Part shown: piece after piece, positions 1 through 13,558 of the stretch
How the letters are laid out: the number at the start of each line of letters is the position of its first letter
Position numbering within the stretch: position 1 is the first letter of the stretch
DNA from: Macrostomum lignano
Lineage: Eukaryota
Direction: 5' to 3'
Assembly: GCA_002269645.1 (NCBI GenBank)
Contig: NIVC01000033.1
Span: forward strand, 361,335 to 425,334
Length of the DNA stretch: 64,000 bases
Position numbers and translations under genes: made by a program
The notes under the pieces: model-generated
Databases searched by the model: none
What the model saw: only the letters and a program-made list of their open reading frames with translations
What the model was told of the DNA's origin: nothing

Positions 1-321
1 TATATAGTTTTGGTTATTTAAAACAGATCCTTTCGGACGAAGCAGTGATAGAAATTTATGGTATGAAAACCTCAAAGAGATCTTCAAGTTAATCTTATAT
101 CAGATAGGAAACTATAAATCTTTTGGATTGCATTGAGGTCTTTTCTGATTTTGTTTGCGTTGTTGTCAAAAATATATAATGAGCTGGTTTGTGCTGCCAG
201 CACTAACCGGCGTTTGTGTACACCGCCAGCCAACCCCCTCCCCCGGCTTGCGCCCACCCCCTCCCTCGGGAGGGTTTTATGCCTGCGGACTAGCTGAGTT
301 TGTGTCTCGCTGCGCGCTTGA

Positions 322-1450
322 ATTTTGAAGTTTGAATTAGGCGACGTTGAGCCGACCTACATGGTTGACACCCGGCTGCCGTTTGGTGCAGCGTTGTTGC
401 AGCGTTGGTGCAGCGTTTGGTGTCAGCAGCTTCTTTCAGGTTAGCAATGCCATCCGGTTCATGATGCTCAAGCGCAAGTTTTACAACTTCGAGGTCTACA
501 TGGACGATTTCGGCTTCGCGCGGTCGCTGACTGATTGCTGGCGGTTCTACACGGAGCTGACGCAGCTGGTGCAGAGGCTGGGCCTGCCTGTTAACTGGAA
601 GAAGTGCGTTCAGCCGACTCAAGAAATGTGCTTCCTGGGCATCCAGTTCAATACTCTGTCGGGGCTCATGAGCTTGCCAGGATCCAAAGTGGAAGAGCTG
701 CGGGTCAGCCTTGATCAGTGCTGTGCGATGCGGTGGATCTCCAAGCATGAGCTGCAGAAGCTGGTGGGAAAGCTCAACTGGGCCTCCCAGGTGATTGTCA
801 ACGGCCGGCCGTTCTTGCGCGACTTGATCGACCGCGTCAACAACCTGTCAAGCTCTAAGGATCGGCTATTGGTGGATGACCAGTTGAGAAGCATTCTCGG
901 CTGGTGGAATGTGGCCTTGCGGCAGCAGCGAGGTCGTGAAATTTGGCCCACGGACAGGAGACCGGTTGCCATAGAGACGGACGCCTGCCTGGTGGGAGCG
1001 GCAGCTATTTTGCGTGACCCGGCTGGTTTTGACTGGTGCTACCTGAAGTGGGATGTCGATGCTGGTGGCGTCTTCAGCGAGTGCTGCATCAACTACAAGG
1101 AGGCTGCTGCGGTCCTGCTGGCCTTGCTGCGCTGGTGCCATCCGCTGCACAACTGCCGGGTCGCTGTCTACTGCGACAACGCCGCCGCCTTCGCGATCAT
1201 CAACAAGGGGTCTTCCAGGGAGCCCCGGTTGCTGCGGCTGCTGCAAACTGTTGCTCTGCTTTGCCTGAAGCAGAACGTGGTGGTTACTGCCCATCATGTG
1301 CCTGGCCGGTTCCAGCTGTTTGCTGACGCAGCTTCCGCCTGCACTGCCGTCAAGAATTGGTGAATTTTGTGTTGCGAGCCTATGCAACATGTTGTGTCAG
1401 CCCGCAAGAGTTTGCCGGTCATGCGCTCAGCCCTCCCACCGCCGCCTTTC
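322..1450 (+). pseudogene. YR-retrotransposon copy 1: 5'-truncated RT/RNase H, frameshifted
   Basis: LKFELGDVEPTYMVDTRLPFG (325-387) is out of frame with YMDD...FLG...LVGKLNW...TDAC...INYKE...YCDN because of a triple 11-bp repeat at 383-415. A further -1 shift near 1337-1340 moves the conserved SR...ELVNF tail into ORF 1357..1731. Confidence 0.85.
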
Positions 1451-1454
1451 TCCT

Positions 1455-2573
1455 TTTGCAGGTCGCCTCCCTGGGTCTCTCAACGCCGCCGCCGCCAAGC
1501 TTCTCCAGCAGGCCTACGCCTCATCATCCAAGAAGTCGCTATCGTCCGCCATCCGCTCCTGGCAACGCTTCTATCTCGAGCGGCGGTTCGACCCGCTCTG
1601 CTGCCGGGCGGAGGACCTCGCGAATTACGTTGCCTGACTCGTGGATGGCCGGCTCAGCTCCTTCGGCAGCGTCCGCGTGCACATCAGCGCTCTCACCGCC
1701 AACTTCCGGCTGGCAGGGGCGCCAGATCTGACCAAGCATCCGCTGCACCTGGTGCTGCGGGGAGCCAAGCGCGAGCTCGGGGCGGAGCCGAGCCGCAAGC
1801 TGCCGGTGTCTCCCGAGATTTTAACAAGGCTGCGTCGCCAAGCTGACTGCTCGAACCCAGCCCAAGCTGCCTGCTGGGCGGCAGTCATGTGCGCCTGGTG
1901 GGGTATGTTTAGGAAGTCCAGCCTGTTGCCTGCTGGGCGCGCTGATCCGCCAGTGCTGCGGCTCAGTTCTCTGTCGGAGTGCAAGGACGGTCTGCTTCTG
2001 CTGTCCAGCTATGGGAAAAGCAACCAGTTCGGCAGGAGCCACCGGGTACTGCTGCCGCAGCTGACGCCCGGTCACCCGCTCTGTCCCGTCGCGGCGCTGC
2101 GAGATCATCTTCGCTGCAATCGTTTGAGGCTACTGCAGCAGGCCCTGTTCACCATCTCAGGCGGTTCAGCCGGCAGCGCCTCTCTGACATCCCGGATGTT
2201 GGACGTGCAGTTCAAGTGCTGGCTCAATAAGGCGGGCATCAGCGCGGCAGGCTACTCCGTGCACAGCTTGCGGAGGGGTGCAGCCACCTGGGCGGCGCGT
2301 TTCGGTCTGTCAGTCAGGGAGATCCAGAGCGTCGGCGACTGGCGCAGCGACGCAGTGAACGGTTATTTGTTGCCGGGCGATGCAGCTTCCGGCGCTGCTC
2401 GGAAGCTGGCGGTTGCTTTGCTTTCTCTAGGTGCTGATCGCCTCTGTTGTGTCCCGAGACGGACCAGCCAGCTTCGTCTCGCGCTCTGTACGAGCAGGGA
2501 AACTCAGCCCCAGTCCTGCTGCTTGCCAACCCACTGTCGCACAAACGCGCAGGCCCTGGTGACGATGACCTAA
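1455..2573 (+). pseudogene. YR-retrotransposon copy 1: tyrosine recombinase with in-frame nonsense codon
   Basis: ORFs 1296..1637 and 1641..2573 are in the same frame, separated by TGA at 1635-1637. Motifs MFRKSSLL (R), HSLRRGAAT (HxxR) and GDWRSDAVNGY (W,Y). The start coordinate is approximate. Confidence 0.88.
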
Positions 2574-3399
2574 TGGCGCTAGAGCCCCAAATAACAGAAG
2601 CAGAACGATACTTACAGTGGCGTAGGTTGCTCACTGGGCGCTCTTGGCGTCTATGTTGAAATACGATTGCTACGACTGTACGAGTATATTGTTTGTATTG
2701 GTTTTTGCCGGAGCGGCGAAGGAGCCAAAGGAGAAGCGAACCAAGGGATAGCGGGGTGGGGGGGGGGAAGGAGCGCGCGCCAATAAATATTAGTCAGTAC
2801 AAAATGGGGTGGGGAAAAAGCTGCAGGGTAAGAGAAACGGCGGGGTGGGGCAGAGAGAGCGAGCGGGGATTGGCTGCAGCCACGCAGAACGCGACTGGGG
2901 GTAGAAAACAAGAATTGCAAATAACAGCGACAGCCAATGGGAGGGCACGGAGGGGGAAAGATAATAATAATCATGGGTGAGAAAACCGCAGACAAAGGCT
3001 GGATAAATAAACAACTTCAATAATAAATTCATCAATTGATTAGGTCTAGTGCAGTGGCACCAAATTTAAGTAACTTTATAAAAATAGCTCACAATAGGTG
3101 GCTATAGCATGGAAGGGGTGGGGAGAGTTGTTAGAGGGAGAGAGAGAGAGCTACAGTATGGGCAAGTACATTGAGTTTTTAAATCACAACACCTCTTTGC
3201 CCCTTTGCCTTTTGCGCGTTTCTTTTGCTTTGCTTTTCCTTTCACGCCTGCTTTTGTTTGGTGTTGGGGGCTCCGTTGCCAGGCTCCCTCACCTCGTCTG
3301 CTCGCCAGCTCTGTGTCTTGTGTGTTCTTTGTTGAGGGAGCGGTGTGCACTAACATATAAAAATGATTTCGTAGATTTTAAAGTGCTCAGATTTTTTAT

Positions 3400-4515
3400 T
3401 TGCAATTTTTTTTGTCAACAACCATGGAAAGTGCACGCGCACTAACAGCTAGACAGCTCAGAGCAGAGCTGGCCAAGCGCGGTCTCCCAAAAACAGGCTG
3501 CAAACAACAGCTCTACGAACGGCTATGCCGCCACTTGCAGTCTGAAGCTCCTGCAGCCGACTCTGACAGCTCCGGCTCGACTCTTGATGCAGGAATCATC
3601 GACGACCAGTCAACAGGCGGGCAAGAGGCGACGGAGGGCGCGGCTGGCGACCTGGCGGCTCTGCGGAAGGAGGTCGAAGAGCTGGAAATCAAGGCGCTGA
3701 CGCGGCGCCGTGCTCAACTGCAGCGCGAGCTCAACGGGAATCAGACTGCTGTCTCCTCTCAAGGTGAGCCCACAGCTTTTCCTGCTGGTATGCATGAGGC
3801 CTTTTTATCTTGCGCAGGTGTAGAGAGCGGTCAGTCGGCCAGAAAGCGCAGCCGGGCCTACCTGATCCGAGACTTTGTCAAGCCCAACGCAAATCAGTCA
3901 AGCGATAGCCTGACCGCCTGCGTGGAGAACGGCAACCTGGTGTTCAAAAAGCAGCCGCCAAACCTAAGCAAGATTTCCACCGGCCAATGGATCTCTGGCA
4001 ATGCTCAAATCCTACAGCGCCTGATTGACGACGGCTCACTCATCTATCTGAATGACGACGGGTCTGTGAACACCAGCGAGCTGAGAGGCTACCTGCTGTA
4101 CTCCCAGAAGATCGGCGAACTCCTGGACGCCAACTACAGCCCAAACGTTGTGTGGGAGTTCGATGAAGACTACAGGAAGCTGATGGCCGAGTCAGACCTG
4201 CATCAGTGGGGGTGCGAACCCCCGCAGCTGTACCATCGCCACCTGAACGCTCCACGCAATCTGAAGGGCACTTTAAACCGACCCGGTATCTCGCAGCCGC
4301 AGGCGCCCGTCTGGCTGAGCTTCAACTCACCAGCTGGCTGTCAACGGTCCAGCTGCAGGTACCGGCACGTCTGCCTGAGCTTCAACTCACCAGCTGGCTG
4401 TCAACGGTCCAGCTGCAGGTACCGGCACGTCTGCAAGCTGCCTGGCTGCGGCAAGCCGCATCCCGCCCAACTGCATCGTCAGAGCAGCGATGCGGCGGAG
4501 GGGTCAAAAAACTAG
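3400..4515 (+). CDS. gag-like ORF1 with N-terminal SAP-like helix pair and C-terminal CCCH-type fingers
   Basis: ARQLRAELAKRGLPKTGCKQQLYERL fits the SAP pattern; VVWEFDEDYRKL resembles DIRS/Ngaro gag; CLSFNSPAGCQRSSCRYRH is C-x8-C-x4-C-x3-H; exact 60-bp duplication at 4315-4434. Confidence 0.75.
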   Translation: MQFFLSTTMESARALTARQLRAELAKRGLPKTGCKQQLYERLCRHLQSEAPAADSDSSGSTLDAGIIDDQSTGGQEATEGAAGDLAALRKEVEELEIKALTRRRAQLQRELNGNQTAVSSQGEPTAFPAGMHEAFLSCAGVESGQSARKRSRAYLIRDFVKPNANQSSDSLTACVENGNLVFKKQPPNLSKISTGQWISGNAQILQRLIDDGSLIYLNDDGSVNTSELRGYLLYSQKIGELLDANYSPNVVWEFDEDYRKLMAESDLHQWGCEPPQLYHRHLNAPRNLKGTLNRPGISQPQAPVWLSFNSPAGCQRSSCRYRHVCLSFNSPAGCQRSSCRYRHVCKLPGCGKPHPAQLHRQSSDAAEGSKN

Positions 4516-6180
4516 ATTTATTTTATAGCCACCAAGCTTTTATCCCCCACCCGCCCCCATCCCATTGCTTGCATCCCCTCACCCCTGCCCGCCAACCCGA
4601 CCCGCCTCCCCCGCTGCATCGGGTGCTGTCTTCTGACATGAACTTGGCTTCTTGGAATCTTCTGCTACGCAACGACCCAGACGAGAGATTCCTCCGAAAA
4701 GGCCTTCATAACGGCTTCCGCCTCATCAACAAGCCTCCGCCTGCCTTCACACATTCTTCCAACTACCGTTCTGCTACTGACCATGCCGAGCAGGTTGACA
4801 AGCAACTCTCCGAAGAGCTCCGCCTTGGCCGCTTAAAACCCGCTAGCAGACGCGTCATGGTGAATGCTATCTGCGCGATCCCTAAGTCTGACGGCAGCGT
4901 TCGGATGATTCACGATCTGTCCAGTCCTTCCGGCTCTTCAATCAACGACAGCTATCAGCAGGAGCGGAGTCTGAGATTCTCCTCCGTTCAGGATCTGCTG
5001 CGTCCCATCCGGCCCGGCTCGTTTATCGGCAAGGTCGATCTGAAGCAGGCCTACCGCTCTGTCGGCATCCACCCGGACGATCAGGCTTTGACGGGCATCA
5101 GCTGGCGTTTCGCAGCTGACACCGAATCCTCGGTGTTCATCACAGCGAGATCCTCTTGCGAGATCTTTCACCGTCTCTCAGCCGCCATTCATCGCCACAT
5201 GCTTAGACAAGGCTTCCAAGCTACGGTCAACTACCTGGACGACTGGGTAGTTGCCGGCGACTCACAGGAAGCCTCTGAATGCGCTTACGACTACCTGGTG
5301 CACCTCCTGCAAGACCTGGGCTTCACCATCAACTGGAGCAAGTCCACGGCCCCAACGCAGCGGATGGTCTTCCTCGGCGTTCAAATGACAAATGACGGAA
5401 CACTGTCTCTGCCCATGGACAAGGCCGCCAGCACCAGGCATTTGCTGAAGGACTGCCTCTCCCGTGAGATCGTCAAGCTCAAGCAGCTGGAAAGGCTGGC
5501 CGGGAAGCTGTGCTGGTTGGGCGAGATCAAAAAACTGCTGCGTCCATTTCTTCGCCCGCTTTTTGACCTCATCAGCGACGTTCGAGATCTCCGGCTGCCT
5601 CAAGAAGCTCGCGATCTGCTGCAATGGTGGCTGCAGGCAGTGGATTCGCTGCCACCTACGCCGCTGCATCCGCGCTTTCATCAGTTGGTAGCCATCGAGT
5701 CCGACAGCAGCTCCAAGGGCGCCGCTGGCATCGTAAGCGGCACCCGCTTCAACGACTGGGTGTACTTCAGCTGGGAGCACGACTTTGAGTCAGAGTTCAA
5801 AGACCTCCACATCAACTACAAGGAGGCCCTGGCTCCGCTCCTCACCATCCTGCGCTTCCAAGAGCAGCTCAGCAACAGCCGGGTGGTGGTCTACTCCGAC
5901 AGCACGGCTGCAGTCGGCATGGTCAACAAGCTGTCCTGCAAGCATCCATCGCTTATTCGAATCTACCAGACGGTGGCCCTCCTGCGCCTCGAGTCTGGGA
6001 TCCAGCTGCAGTAGCGTTTCACCTTCCCGGTCACATGCAGCTCACTAGCGACTCGGCGTCTCGGATGCTGAGCTCTAAGCATGAGCTCGTGAACTTTTGC
6101 TGTCGCCACTATGGCTCTCTGTGTGTCTGTCCTACTGAATTTGTCTCGCACACCATCTCTGCCGCGTCCTGCACCACTCT
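4206..6180 (+). pseudogene. RT/RNase H ORF of copy 2 with apparent in-frame deletion and frameshift
   Basis: KVDLKQAYR, YLDD, FLG, ESDSS, HINYKE and YSDS are present. The DxRLPFG motif is absent at the 5144/5145 junction (SVFIT|ARSSCEIF). The stop at 6012-6014 is followed by AFHLPGHMQLTSDSASR...ELVNF in the -1 frame. Confidence 0.82.
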
Positions 6181-6219
6181 TCTTTCACAGGTCGCAGCCG
6201 CGCTCCCCACTGCCACACC

Positions 6220-7182
6220 GTGTCCGTGCCCATCCTGTGCCGCCTGTCGCTCGCACCCAGCACCCGGAAGTCGTATGCCAGCCACCTGCGGCTCTGGAGG
6301 GAGTTCTGTCGACAGCAGCGGGTTTTCCCCACGGCCGCATCGAAGTCAGACGTCTGCAACTTCACCGCCTTCCTATTGGAGCGAGGCTGCGCCTCCTACT
6401 CAAGCGTGCAAATCAGTCTCAGCGCAGTGTCCTTCATCCACAGGTCGACGGCAGCACCGGACCCCACCAAGGACAACGCCCGACTGGCTCTAGTCTGTCG
6501 CGGAGCCCGACGCCTACTAAGCAGGCAGCCACGCAGGGCAGAGCCACTGCAGCCGCATCATCTCCGCCTGCTCTGCAACAGCCCTCTGCTTCAGCAATTG
6601 CTGCCCCGGCGCCTCTTCGTGGCCTTCAAGGCTGCGCTGCTGGATGCCTGGTGGGGCGTCCTTCGTCTGGACGAGCTTCTTCCGTCTACCACTGGCGCTG
6701 CTTTGCGCCGCGGTGCGCTGTCGACCTGCCCCGGCGGCCTCCGCCTGACCATCGGCAAGTCCAAGACAAACCAGTTCAAGGAGCGTCAGCTGCTGGTGTT
6801 CCTTCCGCAATGCACCGACTGCCCGCAATGCCTGGTCTCTGCCCTCGCCACTCATCTGCGTGAGAACCAAGTTGTCGAGCCGCACCAGCGTCTCTTCGCT
6901 GTCCTGGGCGCCCGCAGAGTCCCGTTGGCTACCTCGACCTTCATCCGCCTGCTCAAGCGGGGCCTGTCGATCTGCGGCATCCCTGAGGAAAACTTCTCTG
7001 GCCACAGTCTGCGCAGGGGCGGAGCCAGCGCCGCCTTCCAGGGTGGCCTCTCCGTAGCCGACATCCGCTGCCTTGGTGACTGGCGCTCCGACTCCGTCTT
7101 CCGCTATTTCTCGGACGATGTAGCTTTTGCCCGCAGGCGCTCCGCTGTCCAGCAGATTGCTGCTTCTATTAATTATCGCTAA
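6220..7182 (+). CDS. tyrosine recombinase of copy 2 (apparently intact)
   Basis: N-terminal core-binding region (LAPSTRKSYASH), LRLDELL (R), GHSLRRGG (HxxR), GDWRSDSVFRY. Confidence 0.9.
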   Translation: MSVPILCRLSLAPSTRKSYASHLRLWREFCRQQRVFPTAASKSDVCNFTAFLLERGCASYSSVQISLSAVSFIHRSTAAPDPTKDNARLALVCRGARRLLSRQPRRAEPLQPHHLRLLCNSPLLQQLLPRRLFVAFKAALLDAWWGVLRLDELLPSTTGAALRRGALSTCPGGLRLTIGKSKTNQFKERQLLVFLPQCTDCPQCLVSALATHLRENQVVEPHQRLFAVLGARRVPLATSTFIRLLKRGLSICGIPEENFSGHSLRRGGASAAFQGGLSVADIRCLGDWRSDSVFRYFSDDVAFARRRSAVQQIAASINYR

Positions 7183-8846
7183 CTTCCCCCGCTTCTTCTT
7201 TTTTCGGGGTTGGGGTCGCTTTTCCCCACTTCGTCGCTGCTTTGTGCTCGCTGCCAACCCGCCGCCTTTGCCTTCCTTTTGCTGCTTGTGGGGTTGCGGG
7301 TTAATATCTTATTGCCTTGATTTAGGATGTCAATCCTGTAACTTTATAGAAGTCAGAGAAAAAGCAGCCACAACTGCCGAATGATGGTACTGGTTTCTCT
7401 CTTTCAGAATTTCATGCACCGTAATCATTTTAAAACTGGTATTCAGATATTCACCATTAAATTTTTTCAGGGAAACTGGCCTCCAAAAAAGTACATGATC
7501 CTTGAGTTTACGTCCTGTTATACTCAGGCACGGATCCAGAAACTTTTTGAGGGAAGGGCAAGCTGTACCAAGTACTACAGGCCAATATTAGAAAATACAC
7601 CTGGCATAGTTGCAGGCCAAAAAAGTATGGCCCAAATTTTTTTGGTAGCGGATGAGGGGGGCATGGCATGGGCATGGGGGGTAGGTACTATATAATAATA
7701 TAATAATGCGTTTGCCAGTTTAAAAGCGTACATACAATGTAGTTTACATTAAGATTGGGAAGTATTGACAGGACATTATCCTGCACTGCAAGTAAAAGCC
7801 AAAAGTAAATATGTAAATGTACATGTGAAAAGCATGTATTCAAACTGGAAAATGGAAAAAAGTTCAACTCTCTGCACAATAGCCAACGTAAGCCAATATC
7901 CAGTGTAAATTGAAATTGGACTATTGCATCATTAAAACATTTCCTATACAATGTATAGCTGTACATCTATACAAACGTAAATTATGAATGGGTAGCCCAT
8001 ATACGGTCCACTACAGATGCTTAGCTTTGCAGTTATTGCAGCTTTGGACCTTGTTAATTTTTGTGAAAATCTGTCGCGAATAATGCAATTTATACTACTC
8101 ACAAACGCCAGTAGTATACTAAATTTAATATCAACTTTGTACTTTGGATATCACTTCCAATAGTTCAGTTTAATTTGCGTTTTAAAGAATATAAGGTAAG
8201 TAACTCGTAGACATTGAAATATAGACATTGAGAGTGTATATGGTGAGGTATTGCATGTAGAAGTAGATATCCAAGTAGGTATTCAATTTATAGTATTGCG
8301 GCTGTGTTTTTCGCATCAAAGTTGCTAAAAATGTCACTTAACAAGGTCCTAAGTACATGTAGTGCAGTTTACCGTATTTGAAAGAAAGTTACAAATGTAA
8401 GCTAACTGGCTTACATTTACTTAAAACGAAGTCTCCCCGATCTCATGACTTATAAAGGTCCTGCTCGAATCATTAACGCTTTCTTCATGACACGCAGGAA
8501 CAGATTCCTCTCGCTCCCCTGAGCTTGCCCCCTTGATTCATGGATTAAATTTCGAAACTAGCCAAACCCAAACGCTTTGACGTCCCGATGTCAGCTCGCA
8601 GGAGAGGCTAAATGCAAGCTAAATTGTTGCGTGCGTGATTCAATTCGCTTCGGTGCATTCGGATGCTGTATGATGCACAAACATTTCGCTCCAGATGAGC
8701 CGCATCAAAGAGTTTTTCAGTAAAGAGCTTTAAGTGAATGGCATTATGCGATAAAGTAGTACAAGAAGCCCCCATTCTTCTCGCTGGGCCTATAAGAAGT
8801 TCAGAAGAAATTTTATAGTTGCTTGGCAACTTCTAATAATAATAAT

Positions 8847-9250
<404 letters not shown>

Positions 9251-9696
9251 GCACGGGCTATCTGTCTGTCTCGTAGCACATCAATGCCAGTATACCCCAG
9301 TATACCCATCAGACAATCCGACTGACTTCTGTTTGACGCAGACCTCTGAAAGCTTTGATAGCAGGTTAATTACAAAGCAAACGACTGCAAGCAATTCAAG
9401 CCGCCGTTGAGTATGAAGTCATGCCAGCCAATTCAATATTTGCTGGCAAAATGCGATGGCGATCCCGCCAGAAGCCAAGAAGTCAATCTGCTTATTCAAT
9501 CAGCTCAGTCAACACGGGTCCTGAGTCGGGGACGCATGGCAGTTAATTAATTAATACTGATAAAAATGTTACAGTAGGCTCAAGAGAACTTAGTCTAGAG
9601 ATTAGAAGTTGAACATAACCTACAGCAGCTGACGGCATAATGCAGAAAGTGGCGACTGCAACTCTCACTTGATGTGCATACTGCAGCACAAGGCAC

Positions 9697-10153
9697 GGTG
9701 CAGCGCTGCAACAGGCAAGTACGCAGGCCAGCTACAATATTAACCATGGTGCAGCACTGCAACAGGCAAGTACGCAGGCCAGCTACAATATTAACCATGG
9801 TGCAGCAGTGCAACAGGCATGTACACAGGCCAGCTACAATATTAACCATGGTGCAGCACTGCAACAGGCATGTACACAGGCCAGCTACAATATTAACCAT
9901 GGTGCAGCGCTGCAACAGGCATGTACACAGGCCAGCTACAATATTAACCATGGTGCAGCAGTGCAACAGGCATGTACACAGGCCAGCTACAATATTAACC
10001 ATGGTGCAGCAGTGCAACAGGCATGTACACAGGCCAGCTACAATATTAACCATGGTGCAGCGCTGCAACAGGCATGTACACAGGCCAGCTACAATATTAA
10101 CCATGGTGCAGCGCTGCAACAGGCATGTACACAGGCCAGCTACAATATTAACC
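9697..10153. repeat. 51-bp minisatellite, about 9 copies
   Basis: Unit ACCATGGTGCAGCACTGCAACAGGCATGTACACAGGCCAGCTACAATATTA. Confidence 0.97.
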
Positions 10154-10660
10154 AGCTGAATATTCTGCAGACAGCAGTGCAGTTTCAAGCAGCAGCTCAG
10201 TTCCTGCACAATGTGTGCTCCCGTCTGAACAGCTGGTCAGACGGGGCTGCAATCAGTTTTGTTTATCCACTTGAGAAATCACTTCAACCCCAGACTGTTG
10301 GTCGCGGGCCGAATTGATTCTGACGGATTGACAATGGAGCCGTCGGGGGGGGGGGGGCAGCTCAATCCGCCATTGTTTGACGTCGCTTTCCGATGAAATT
10401 CCTTTCCCAATGCGTAAAAAAGCAATTTTCAGATTTTGTTTGCCCAGCACCGAGAGCTGAGGCAAAAGAAGGCCACAGACGGGGTGCAAGAGATTATTGA
10501 AGAGATTTTGTCAGGAGTGACGGCTTTAAACTTTTCTATTGGCTGCAGCAGTGTCGTCTTTCGCTTGTACTTTTATACGAGTTCAAACAACAATTAATAT
10601 TGGCAGCCACTGCCGAACCTGTGGAATCTCCGAGCACAGTGGGATTTTAAACACCCCTAC

Positions 10661-10776
10661 CTACCATTGCCACTGTCAACCTCTGTCTACCATTGCCACT
10701 GTCGCCCTCTGCCTACCATTGCCACTGTAGCCCTCTGCCTACCATTGCCACTGTCGCCCTGTCCCTACCATTGCCA
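10661..10776. repeat. 26-bp tandem repeat, about 4.5 copies
   Basis: Unit CTACCATTGCCACTGTCGCCCTCTGC with variants. Confidence 0.9.
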
Positions 10777-11291
10777 GAGCTGTCAGAATGAGAGTATTTT
10801 GCAACTCAAAATTTCTACTTTCCCCCTTGCTGAGCGACCCCGTTGCATCGAGCATTCTTGCATGCACGTCAATCACTGGCGGTTAAAAGCGAACGCACTT
10901 AAAATTTAGTTGTACTCTTAGAAAGTCTATCAAAACCCGACTGCCAGTCCTCTGCGTTCAACCTAGCAACCCGGGGTCTGAACAGCTCTGACTGTCAGGT
11001 CAGCAAGGCGTGTCCAGCTGCAAAGTCAGCGGCTGCATCGCGTCTTTGTTGGCAGCATTGTTGCCAAGCTGGGAGAGGCTTGCTCTCCGGTGAGCGATGG
11101 GGACAGATCCGAAGGGCTTGAGGGGCAAGGTGAGGGCAGGCCCGATGAGCGAAGGAAGCGGGGCACTGAGCTACAGTCACCGCCGATTCACCGCCTCACT
11201 GCAAGATCCCTGTTCTCGTGTTGACAGTTCCGGTCACGTGGCTTCCGGCCAAGATGCGGCCAGGGTGCAGCTTTTAATGAGTCGTAGCGTT

Positions 11292-12535
<1,244 letters not shown>

Positions 12536-13265
12536 GCTCAGCAGCTCCCCCAGACTGAGGCAGCCACTCCATGCCAGCAATTGGGCCAGTTGCTGCAGCC
12601 AATGAGAGCGGCACATCAAGCGCAAGCAAGAAGCAGAAAGCAACAAAGCCAGCTTCCCCAGAAATCGAAGCAGAGATCCCGTGGCTCCTCCCTGAAAAAA
12701 ATCCCCCATTTTCCTTTTAGCTCGCTCCCTGAAAGCAACACCTGTAGCTACAGGCATTTTTCGGAGAGATTTTCTCCATCAGAGCACGCGGAATTTCACC
12801 GGCGATTTGCTTTAATCACCCGAGGTCAAAGCAACTCGCGCCAAAACAGCTCCAGGAGCTGCTTCAAGGCCGAGAAGTCAATAATCGGGTCAAGTAATTG
12901 ATTTTGAATCCGATCGCAGACCGAGCCGAATGCCAGACAGCTGAGATCGCAGAGAACTCAAAACTGAGCGAAATTCATTTCCGTCAGCTCGTAGAGACAG
13001 CCCGGCAACTGAGCTGCTGCTCGAATGTAAGTCCCAGCGCATATCCCTGGCAACTAATCCTGAAATTGGCAAGTCTTACGAGCTAGTTTGAATCGAATAA
13101 ATTCTTGTTTTGGACCTGACTTACCAGATAGCTTGGATTTTTGTATCAATTTCACATTTTCAGCTGAAATTGTGCATTTTATTGTTAAGGTGGCAGTTTT
13201 CGTCTGCGCTGCGCTTTACAGATTGCAAAAGAGGTTTTGCATAAATTTTTGGTTAATCAGCTATA

Positions 13266-13558
13266 GGTAGACTGCATCTAATCGGAACGGTAGACTGCAT
13301 CTAATAGGAACGGTAGACTCTCTCTAATAGGAACGGTAGACTCTCTCTAATAGGAACGGTAGACTGCATCTAATAGCAACAGTAGACTGCATCTAATAGG
13401 AACGGTAGACTGCATGTAATAGGAACGGTAGACTGCATCTAATCGGAACGGTAGACTGCATCTAATAGGAACGGTAGACTCTCTCTAATAGGAACGGTAA
13501 ACTGCATCTAATAGGAACCGTAGACTCTCTCTAATAGGAACGGTAGACTGCATCTAAT
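13266..13558. repeat. 23-bp minisatellite, about 12.5 copies
   Basis: Unit GGTAGACTGCATCTAATAGGAAC. Confidence 0.95.

Larger units (their letters stand above)
3400..7182 (+). mobile_element. Ngaro/DIRS-type tyrosine-recombinase retrotransposon copy 2 (gag, RT/RH, YR)
   Basis: Three overlapping or adjacent ORFs in gag-RT/RH-YR order, a CCCH-like finger in gag, and no methyltransferase seen. Terminal repeats were not identified. Confidence 0.85.

Noticed and set aside
181-7340. Split direct repeats or ITRs for the YR elements (for example TAATAT.TTATTG similarity between the reverse complement of about 2780-2795 and about 7300-7315)
   Set aside because: Only short low-complexity matches were visible by eye, which is not enough to define termini.
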